A DNA stretch of 58,945 nucleotides, taken from contig CAXHJY010000933.1 of assembly GCA_964016885.1 (NCBI GenBank), positions 1 to 58,945 on the forward strand. The letters run 5' to 3'. The notes beneath the pieces are model-generated. The model ran no database searches and was not told the origin of the DNA. It worked only from the letters and a program-made list of their open reading frames with translations. Of this stretch, positions 28,049-38,397 are shown one piece after another. The stretch's first letter is position 1; each line of letters opens with the position of its first letter. The translations under genes were made by a program, and so were the position numbers. Origin of the DNA: Eledone cirrhosa. Lineage: Eukaryota.

Positions 28049-31000
28049 ATCATCATCATCGTTTAACGTCCATCTTCCATGCTAGCATGGGTTTGGATAG
28101 GAATTTTCCCACTTGAGGCAAGATTGGTTGTCTTGCTTGCATAGGACTCTGTTTTTTACGGCTGGATGCCCTTCCTAACACCAACCACATTTACAGTGTG
28201 GACTGGGAGGTTTTTACCGTGTTACCTACACGGCCACATTACAGCGTGGACTGTGTGTTTTTTTGTCGTGACACCTACACGCCCTCATTTGTTTCGGACT
28301 GGATGCTGTGGTACCAACATAACTTTACATTGGAAGGGGTGGTGTGGATGGGGTGGGAGTAGTGGGGCCGGGGTGTATTTTTGTTAGAGGTGCCTACTGA
28401 CTGTAGGTTTTGCTTTGTACTTAGGCAAGGCGGGTCTTCTGTATGACTGTGTATCGCCAAAGATCTCGGTCCAGTGACATTGTCTTGGAGAGGTGTAAGT
28501 GTGTGAGGTCGGAATTTAGCAAGTCGTCCCAGGTTTTTCTGGGTCTGCCTACTCAGTGGCTACCGTCTATTTTTATCGCCCTGCACTTTTTTATACAGCT
28601 GTCGTCTTTCATGCGCATCACGTGACTGTACCAACGTAGTCTTCTCTCGAGTAAACAGCATCTGGTCCCTCTTATTCCTAATTTCTCCCTTAGTTCGTTT
28701 ATGCTTTGCCGTTCACGTATATTACTATTACACATCCAGCAGAGCATGCATGCTTCGTTCCTCTCCAGTCTGCCTATACAATGCCCAGGTCTCACTGCCA
28801 TGCAACATTGCTGTTCGTATGCAGGCATCATACAGCCTGCCTTTCATTTTTAGTGAGAACCCTTTAGCGGCCAATAGTGGTATAAGCTCTCTGAACTTTT
28901 CCATCCCGTTCTGACTCTAGCTACTGTACTTTCGGAGCACCCTCCACCACTGCTGATTTTGTCGCCCAGGTAACGGAAGGTGTCCACTATTTCTATAGAA
29001 CCATCTGTGCAATGGAATGAGCTAGTATTCTGTGGGCACTTGCTGCTACTTATTGCACCAGAGCACCGGCCACATATAAAATCTATATTCTTAGTTAGCT
29101 TACCTGTGATCCCACTACATCTTTTATGCACCCATACTTTGCATTTGAGACATAAAATGGAGTTTCTGCCTACTCCTTTCCTACACACTGAGCATGGCCA
29201 TTTCCCAGATGGGACTGGTGCCCTATTTTCCTTCCTACAAACTAGAACTTTAGTCTTAGACAGGTTAATTTTAAGGCCTTTTGATTCTAGGCCATGCTTC
29301 CATATTTGGAATTTCTTCTCTAGTTCGGTCATTGATTCAGCTATGAGCGTTAGATCATCTGCGTATAGGAGTTCCCATAGGCAGCCGGTCTTGAACTCCT
29401 CTGTTATAGCCTGAAGGGCAATAATAAATAGGAGGGGGCTAAGGACGGAGCCCTGATGAACACCAACCTTTACGCTAAACTCTTCACTATATTCGTTGTT
29501 AATTCTAACCTTGCTGACTGTTTCTTTATACATGGCTTGTATAGCTCTCACAAGCCATTCACCTAGTTTTCTAAGAGCCCACCAGATAATGGAGCGGGGG
29601 ACTCTGTCAAAGGCTTTCTCCAAGTCAACAAAAGCTAAGTATAGGGGTTTACTTTTAGCTAGGTACTTCTCCTGTAGTTGTCGTACAATGAAAAGAGCGT
29701 CTGTGGTACTTTTACCTGACACAAACCCGAACTGCATTTCATCTAGATCAATTCGCTCTCTGATTAGTTGCGCTATTACTTTTTCTGTGACCTTCATGAC
29801 CTGGTCGATTAATTTAATGCCTCTATAGTTACCCCTATCTAGGGAATCTCCTTTACCCTTGTAGCAGTTAATGATGGTGCTGCTGCGGCAGTCCTTCAGA
29901 ACGACCCCATTCTGTATGACTTGGTTTACTATCCGGGTGACCATAGTGTCCCACCGTTCCAGATGCTTTCAGCATTTCAGCAACTATTTCCGAAGGCCTA
30001 GCCGCCTTACCCGTCTTCATATCTTTGATTGCCTTACTTATTATACCACCAATCTCTGGGAGGGCTCTGTAGAGACAGTAGACAGCTTCTGCTACCTAGA
30101 TGACCGAATTAGCAGCGGAGGTGGGTGTTCAGAAAGTACAATAACTAGGGTAAGAACGGGATGGAAGAAGTTTAGGGAACAACTACCACTGCTAGCTGCA
30201 AAAGGCTTCTCCCTCAAAATGAAAGGCAGACTGTATGATAAGTGTATCCGAACAGCAATGTTACATGGTAGTGAGACCTGGGCGCTGAAGGTGGAAGACT
30301 TACGTAGATTAGAGAGAAACGAAGCCTGCATGCTCCGATGGATGTGTAATAGTAATATACGCGAACGACAAAGCATAAATGAATTGAGAGAGAGACTGAG
30401 CATAAGAGGAATCAAATGCTGTGTGCAGGAGAGGCGGATGCGTTGGTATGGACATGTGATGCGTATGAAGGATGACAGCTGCATAAAAAGGTGCAGACAC
30501 TAGAAGTCGATGGAAACCGCGGAGTGGGGAGACCCAAGATGACCTGGGATGAGGTGATAAAAGCCGACCTTACCCAATTACACCTCTCAAAAGCGATGAC
30601 ACACGACCGTGACCTCTGGCGTCACGCAGTAATACAGAGTACCCGACCTCCCATGGGTACAAGCTGAAGCATATAGACAATATGCCCCCACACCCTCCCA
30701 CTGCAAGGTGGTCGTGGAGGCGCCACGGCATAAAAGCACCCAGCCCACACTGTAAAGTGGACGTGTAGGCGCCACGAAAAAGCACCCAGCACTCACTGTA
30801 AATGAGGTTGGTGTTAGGAAGGGCATCCAGCTGTAGAAATCAAGCCAAATCAGTTCCTGTATGAGCAAGGCATGGTCAGCCGACCAGACACTGCCCACAA
30901 CAGGACAACCCATCTTCAACTAGCACTGCTGGTCCCTCTATTGAATCGATGTGGGGGAGACTGTCTTTCTCCCATTTATTCTCTTCATTTAGTAGCCTTT

Positions 31001-32780
31001 CGTAGTGACACTTCCAGGCTACCTTCTTATCAGCGTCAGTGATGACAAGTACACCATCATCATTTAGGACACACTTCTCCCCGACAATATCGCTGTTTTC
31101 CTTGACACATTGCCTAGCAATCCTGAACACCTCACGTTTTTGGTCCTCGCGCTGTAGAACATGCTTGAAATTTCTTTCCTCTGCTTCCCTTCTTGCGAAG
31201 TACACTTGTCGCCTAGCTTCCCTCCTGGCCACTTGATAGTCTTCTCTACTTCCCCCATCCCGCCATACTTTCCAAGCCTGCTTTTTGGCCTTAATTGACT
31301 CCTCCACCTTACTGTTCCACCACCACGTTACTCTTCTCCTGCCTACAGGCCTGCTCCAGCCACAGACGTCATCTGCCGCCTTCAGCGGGTTAGCTTTCAG
31401 GAATTCCCACTGTTCCTCTATATTGTACGACTCTAATTGCTCTTCCTTACTGTCAAAGGCATCAAGTAATATGCTTTTAAATTTATTACTGGCTGTGGGG
31501 TCCTTTAGCTTCCATATTTTTCTCCTGAGGATAGTCCTCCTTTGTTGTCGAGTATGTCTTGTCCTGACTACGAGGTCGCTGACTATGAGTCTATGTTGGG
31601 AGGTGCATTCTTCATGGGGAGGGATTTAGTGTTTACGACAGACACTCTATCACGTCTTCTGGTAAGGATATAACCTATCTGACTGGTGTGTTCCCCTGAT
31701 CTATAGGTGATCAGGTGATTGTCTCGTTTTTTGAAGTTAGTGTTACAGACAGTTAGGTTATTTGCGTCACAGAATTCCAGGATTCTGGCGCCTTCCTCAT
31801 TTCTACTACCAAACCCATAGTCTCCATGGATTCCGTCATAGCCATCACAATGTTGTCCAACATGACCATTTAGGTCGCCAGCAATAATTATGTAGTCATT
31901 GTCGGTTATTTGGGAGGTTGTGAGCATCAATGTCTCATAGAATCTGTCTTTTATAACGCCAGGCAGTCCGGATTGGGGTGCGTACGCAGATATTACTGCC
32001 ACAGTAGTTCTATTTAGGACAAGTTTTATTTTAATTATTCTGCCGTTCACTCTATTTACGTCTATTATCTTATCTACCCATTTTTCTGCTAACATGATTC
32101 CTACCCCACCCAGAAAAGCTTATAGCATCGTTTTTTTACCCACAATGAATCTAGCAGACCCACTCCTCCACCTGGTCTCTTGAATACAGCAAACATCAAC
32201 CTCCTTACATTCAAGCATTTCTACAACCTCGTTAGAGCGACCTTTTAAGGTGCCTACATTCATGGTACCAAGTCTGAAGTTTTGGATTGCGTTTGGTGGG
32301 TGGGAACGGTGGGGTGCGGTGAGGAGGTTGGGGTTATGTTGGCCATCCGCGGCCGAAATAAAGAGGAGGAGTCCTTGCTTTTTCGTTCAGCAGCATGAGG
32401 TGAATTTGTCTTTATCTTTGGCATTGTCACTCAGTGTCCAGATTTTTTCAGACTCTCCAGAATTTCCTAGTCCAGCCATCATATCGAAAGGCAACCGGAA
32501 GAAGTGATAGCATAGGCCGCTGACTTATAATTAGTCGAAATAATAATAATGGTGGTGAGTGGGGGCGGGTATGAGGTAGTTAGCGAGAAGGTTTAAATAA
32601 AATCCTTGAAATTTGGGCATAATTGGACAAGCATATAACAGTAATAATCGAATAATATTTAGTTCAACCTGACAGAATTATAGAATAGCATATAACAGTA
32701 ATAAGCGAATAATATTTAGAACAACCTGACAGAATTATAGAATAGCATTGGGGAAATGTAGAGAACGAAAGAAAATGGCA
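28049..32780 (-). mobile_element. Near full-length degenerate RTE family A copy, interrupted by a + strand RTE fragment
   Basis: ORF pieces 31583-32095 (APE), 30915-31307 and 28850-29944 (RT) closely match the 43402 ORF. (CAT)n tail at 28049; conserved ATGATG start near 32480. Confidence 0.92.
30051..30914 (+). mobile_element. Nested RTE 3' fragment lacking its terminus and tail
   Basis: Encodes LWEGSVETVDSFCYL...RRMRWYGHVMRM. 3' UTR near-identical to the copies at 11727, 36798 and 56568. Confidence 0.88.
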
Positions 32781-32973
32781 TTCTACTTACATTTTTTCAC
32801 AGGAGAACGAACAGTGTGACCATTAATAAGATTTGACAAATTCTGAGATTTGTACCTCGTAACAGGTTCATTTTATATTTGGTGAGATGGGGGGGGGGGG
32901 GGGTAGTAAAGATTAGGAGGAGCAAGGAGGCCATTTTATAAACCCTAGGATATATATATATATATATATATAT

Positions 32974-33368
32974 GGAGGCACATGGTTTAGTGGTTAGAGC
33001 ATTGGCTTTGCAATAAAAAGGTTGTGAGTTCAATTCTCAGACCGGGTGATGTGTTGTTTCCTTGAGCAAGACACTTTATTTCACATTGCTCCAGTTTACT
33101 CAGCTGTAGAAATGAGATGATAGGGACTGAGGTCCCTATCATTCCACTGCAAAGTGGTCGTGGAGGTGCCACGGCAAAAAAGCACCCAGCCCACACTGTA
33201 AGGTGGACGTGGAGGTGCCACGGCAAAAAAGCACCCAGCACTCACTGTAAATGAGGTTGGTGTTAGGAAGGGCATCCAGCTGTAGAAATCAAGTCAGAAT
33301 CAGTTCCCGACCCACCCTTGCAAGCAGGGAAAAAGCGGACGTAAAATGAAATGATGATGAATGATGAT
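32974..33368 (+). mobile_element. tRNA-derived SINE with RTE-derived tail
   Basis: A box TGGTTTAGTGG, B box GAGTTCAATTC, CCTTGAGCAAGACACTT core, then RTE 3' motifs and (GAT)n. Confidence 0.75.
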
Positions 33369-33375
33369 ATATATA

Positions 33376-34659
33376 CAGGGTGCGGACGATATTTGTTTGC
33401 AAGATTACTTTCTAGGAAAAAATAACACAGTAGTTTTATTTTTTAAGATTTATTTATCAAACTTGGGTCAGTTTGTCTTCATGACTTGTTCTTTCGATCT
33501 CACTCGATAAACCCGCCATTGGCTTTGATGACGGCCTCAAAGCGGCCTCGGAACCGGCTACAGGCCTTCATCACTGTCCCCCAACTTAGGCACTTGTGAT
33601 CCTGGCTTTCAGATCGTCTTTCGTATTGCAGCTAGATCTGTTGGTGTCTCGTTCCACTGCGCCCCACACAAAGAAGTCGAGGGGGTTGCAGTCAGGCGAG
33701 CTGGGAGGCCAGATGTCAGGTGAAATGTGGTCAACGAAGTTCTCTGACAGCCAGGCTTGGGCCTTCAGCTGGTTTGGCAGGGCACTGAGTCTTGCTGCCA
33801 CACGTACAGCCTACCTGCAGCTATCTAGTCGATCCAGGGCTTTACTACCTCGCTCAGAATGCGGATGTAGCCATCGGTGTTCAGCTTGAGGCCCTCAGGG
33901 AAGAAGTGAGGTGGCATCACGTCACCTTGACTGCTGACGACACCTAAGACCAATGTTGTCACTGGAAACTTTGTCTGCATGACTCTGGGCATGTCTTTGG
34001 ATGAGACTGCGAGCCACCTGTGGTTCTGGGAGTTGATCTTCTGGTTTTGGCAGAAGTTTTTCTCATCGGAGAAAAACCACAGCATGTCTGGCTCCAGTGG
34101 ATGTTTCAACTTGTTGATCAGCTTCTTTGCGTGCTTCAGTCGCTTTTCTTGCATCGCCTTTGACAGAAATTGTCCTTTCCTCATCTTGTATGAAACGTAG
34201 CGAATGTCTTCATGTACCACCAGCCTAATGAGCTTTTCATCCACGCCTTTCTCCCTTGCAATTGCACGCATCGACTTGCTAGGTTCATTGTTGATGATAT
34301 CCTGAACTTCAGTGATGAACTCGGGCATTCTGAAGGCGTCAGATTGTCGATCATGTGTTTTCCTCTCTGATGTTGCTTCGTAGTCGAATCCTGTATCTTC
34401 CAAATCCTTTCTGACCTTTTCCACCATTCTCCTGCTGACGCTGAGAAAGTCTGAAATTTCCTTATTTGTCCTCCCAGCGCGGATTCCAAGAAGAACTCCA
34501 TGTATCGTCCACAAATTTGTAGGTTCAAAATTATTCATAATCAATTATTCTGAAAATAAATAATGGAAATATAGTCACTGTTTTTATGAAGACAAGAGTG
34601 ACAACGGAAGTAATAAAATTAGCAGTTGAAAATTGCGAACAAATATCGTCCACACCCTG
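33376..34659 (-). mobile_element. Tc1/mariner DD37D (maT) transposon, full length 1284 bp
   Basis: 27-bp TIRs CAGGGTGYGGACGATATTTGTTYGCAA (2 mismatches), TA on both flanks. Confidence 0.92.
33500..34538 (-). pseudogene. DD37D transposase pseudogene
   Basis: FFSDEKNF, WQQDS, WPPSSPDCNPLD (37 residues between the last two catalytic Asp after frame repair); ends EAVIKANGGFIE*. Stop at 33825 and frameshifts downstream. Confidence 0.9.
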
Positions 34660-35420
34660 TATATATATATGTCTGTGTATATATTTGTATATATCTGTTA
34701 GACACGCAGTGACTAACAACAAAATGTTTTAAGTCTGCGTGTCTGACATATATGCGTAGCTTGTGAATAAAAAAAATTCAAGGGGTGTCGCTGGCCGTGG
34801 TGATCGCTGCCAAACACGTTTTGTAATGTATAGTCTTATTGGCTAATCAACCAACGAGAGTAATTGTTGCTCAAAAGCATCTGCCATTTCGTTTGCACGT
34901 TTATTTATCGTTTCGCTTTTGAATCTTCCTCTTGTATTTCGTTGTTTATCATCAAAATATTTTTCTCGTTTTGGTAAGTTATATTCTTAATTTATACATG
35001 ATTTTTTTTAAATTTATATTAACTATTTTTTTTTTTCGTTATAACATGCTTATAATATTGGTTGTATCATATTTACTTGTATATTTGTCCATATTATTAT
35101 TCGTTTTATGTTAGATTATTTTATTATTATTATGTTAGATTATTTTTTTATTATTATGTTAGACTATTTGTATGTAATATTTAATTTTTATTAATTCAAC
35201 TATAACAATTATTATGTAAAATATATTTATTTAATATTGATTGTTTTTTTGTAGTTTATATTAAGTCTGAAAATATTTTTATACATCTTACAATAATATT
35301 TATAACATCATTTATAAAATAATAATTATATAATCTAATTACATTACAATGATAATTTATTATTAATATATATCATGTGTAACTAGAGTTATTACAAGCA
35401 TTGCCTTAAAAAAATATTAA

Positions 35421-35867
35421 ACTAGACCTGAAAAATGCGCAAGCTCAAAAGAGCCACAGAATGTTATAATACACCTTCAAAAGTGTGGGACTAGAGTTGT
35501 CGCTCAAAAATATTGTAATCATTATCTATCGTACACTCTGTGGCATCCTTTTATAAAAAAGAGACTCATAACGAACTCAAGACGACACAATAATTATTTA
35601 AGTGAATTTATAATATCGAATTCGATTTAAGTGCATTTCGTATTAATCATTATTAAACATCTAATATGAGATATTAAACATTAGCTTAAATAATTATCAT
35701 GTCGTCTTGAGTTCGTTATGAGTCACTTTTTTTATAAAAGGATGCCACAGAGTGTACGATAGATAATGATTACAATATTTTTGAGCAACAATTCTAGTCC
35801 CACACTTTTGAAGGTTTATTATAACATTCTGTGGCTCTTTTGAGCTTGCGCATTTTTCAGGTCTAGT
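35421..35867. mobile_element. Foldback/MITE element with ~180-bp inverted arms
   Basis: ACTAGACCTGAAAAATGCGCAAGC... (35421-35602) pairs with 35685-35867 with few mismatches; ~80-bp AT-rich spacer. Confidence 0.85.
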
Positions 35868-35910
35868 ATATATATATATATATGTGTGTATATATATATA
35901 TATGTATATA

Positions 35911-37247
35911 CTAGCAGTGGTACCCGGCGTTGCATGAATTATGGTATTTTGGAACGCGGGCCGCCAACAGACCTAATCGTGAATAAACTGCATGCCTGGA
36001 CAATATGTAAAGAAAATAAACCGAATACTCTGATGGCTCGATAATCTTTAAGATTTTCCTCAATGAAGCAGGAAAAATGCAGGTTTTCATCTCGGGGATA
36101 AAAAATGAATTTTTTATGTGCATAATATGCTTTGAAATTTCGGGAAAATCAGCTCGACGTAACATCTCTACAAAGCCCTAAAAAGCTGAAAAAATGAAGT
36201 TTTTCACCTAATGTGGGCCCTAGGCCATAAAAAAATTGGATTTTCTTTGCTTACGGTATGAAGAAGAGACTGACTAATACATAGTTACAATTTCAAGGAA
36301 ATCGGTCTGACATAACGCCTCAAAAAACCCCTAAAAAGCTTCAAAAACGCAGTTTTTCACCTAATGAGATCAAAATGTAAAATTTTTTTTATGTGCATAA
36401 CACTCCCTGAAACATAAGTAATAAACATGTAAAGTTTGAAAAAAATCGGTTGGGTACTTCTCGAGTTTTAGGGATTCAAACTCACAGACACACACGCACA
36501 CACAGAGACAGACATCCTCAGGGAAGTGACGTAATGCAGACAGCCAAACATACAGACAGATATTATAAGGGCGCGACGTTATATGTATGTATCTAAAAAG
36601 AGAAAGACTAAGAATTATAGAGAGAGATCGCAAAATCGCCTAATGCGGTCCCTAGGGCATTGAAAATTTGAGATTTTTTTTTGCTCAGAACACTCCCTGA
36701 AACATAAGTATTACATGTGTAAAGTTTGAAAACAGTCGGTTGGGTGTTCTCGAGTTTTAGGGATTCAAACACACACACACACACAGACAGACATTCTCAT
36801 CATCATCATCATCACTGTTTTACGTCCGTTCTTCCACGCTAGCATGGGTTAGACGGGTTGTCCTGTTGTGGGCAGTGTCTGGTCGGCTGACCATGCCTTG
36901 CTCATACAGGAACTGATCTGGCTTGATTTCTACAGCTGGATGCCCTTCCTAACACCAACCTCATTTACAGTGAGTGCTGGGTGCTTTTTCGTGGCGCCTA
37001 CACGTCCACTTTACAGTGTGGGCTGGGTGCTTTTTTGCCGTGGCACCTCCACGGCCACCTTGCGGTGGGGGGGGGGCATATTGTTTATATGCTTCAGCAT
37101 GTACCCATGGGAGGTCGGGTACCCTGTATTACTGCGTGACGCCAGAAGTCACGGTCGTGTGTCATTGACTTTAAGAGGTGTAGTTGGGTAAGGTCGGCTT
37201 TTATCACCTCATCCCAAGTCATCTCAGTTTTATATATATATATATAG
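35911..37247 (-). mobile_element. Non-autonomous Helitron with internal direct repeats
   Basis: A|CTAG plus TACCCGGCGTTGC (reverse-complemented 3' end) at 35910-35933. The other end, ACAGACAGACATTCTCA/GTTTTATATATATA, is split by the RTE insert. Direct repeats at 36176/36329 and 36401/36691. Confidence 0.7.
36798..37224 (-). mobile_element. RTE A1 3' fragment inserted near the 5' end of a non-autonomous Helitron
   Basis: (CAT)n tail; near-identical to the 11727 and 56568 copies. Confidence 0.88.
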
Positions 37248-37259
37248 GTATATATACAT

Positions 37260-38330
37260 GTATGCGCGGGGACATAGAAATAATCGGGCTGGATACCCGA
37301 TCACACAATTAAACCACTGGTAGTGAAGGACCCGTAGCCCTTGTCAGGGCATTCTTCTAGGAGAAGGCAACTCAGAAAACTGAGATAACTCCAACATAAA
37401 AACTGCGACTCAGTAGTAACCATTGATGTTGATCTTTTCTTCTTTTCGGGTTATAGCTACTCTCGCTCAGAGAGTGGAATTGGCTAAGTGCACAGTCTTT
37501 CCTCACTTTAAAAAAATCTTCATCCACAGGCATTGCACGATAGCATTAATTGATCTGCAAGACTTTCTGAATGTACTGGCCAAACATTTGCTGGAGGCTG
37601 GCTTACACATCAACATCATCATCATCGTTTAACGTCCATCTTCCACGCTAGCATGGATTAGACAACATCTCCAAAACAAAGTGTATGACAACTGATAAAA
37701 ACAATGCCAATCTCCAACTCACAATCTACAACCAGCAAATCGCTCGAGTTACGGGGCTTGTATATCTCGGCCACAAACTATCATCAAACACTAATGGAAT
37801 GGCTACTGTGCAGTATCGCATCGCTCTAGGTTGGGCAGCTTTCAACAAGAACAAGGAAGTACTAACATCAAAACGAGTTTCCTATCATTTGAAGGCTAAG
37901 ATATTTGATACTTATATCCTACCAGTTGTGTTATATGATTTTGACTGTTAATTGGACGACAAGGTCACTTCAGAAGCTCTCTACATTCCAGAACCACATC
38001 ATGAGACTTATGACTGGCAAGTGACTCAACGACCTGCTGAACATTACCAAATTTAGACCAATTATATCAATTGTCAAGTCAAGAGTACTCAAACTATACG
38101 GTCATATAAAAAGATCAACTCGTGGTGTGAGTAGGTTATGCCTGGAAGGAAGGTTGGCTGGTAAGAGAAGCAGAAGTCGACAGCCAAAATGATGGTTTGA
38201 TAATGTCAACTTATGGACTGGACTTGATCTTTGCACTTTAAACTCTGCTGCTGGTGATCGAACTTTGTGGCGAAAAATATCTTATGTTGATGCACAGTCT
38301 GCAACTGGTGGAGTTTAGCGTCACAAGAAG
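37260..38330 (+). mobile_element. Internally deleted old RTE-like LINE
   Basis: GLHINISKTKCM, LVYLGH, RIALGWAAF, KIFDTYILPVVLY, LKLYGHIKR; CTAGGAGAAGGCAACTC resembles RTE 5' UTR sequence. Confidence 0.7.
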
Positions 38331-38397
38331 ATTAATTGATAATTATTAATAATGTTATATTGTGCAATGGCTATACTCGATAACGAGGTGGCAGCCA

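Noticed and set aside
32974-33060. tRNA gene
   Set aside because: A/B boxes are present but there is no cloverleaf; it is a SINE head.
37260-37430. HDV-like ribozyme in an RTE 5' UTR
   Set aside because: I could not build the nested double pseudoknot by eye; needs a descriptor search.
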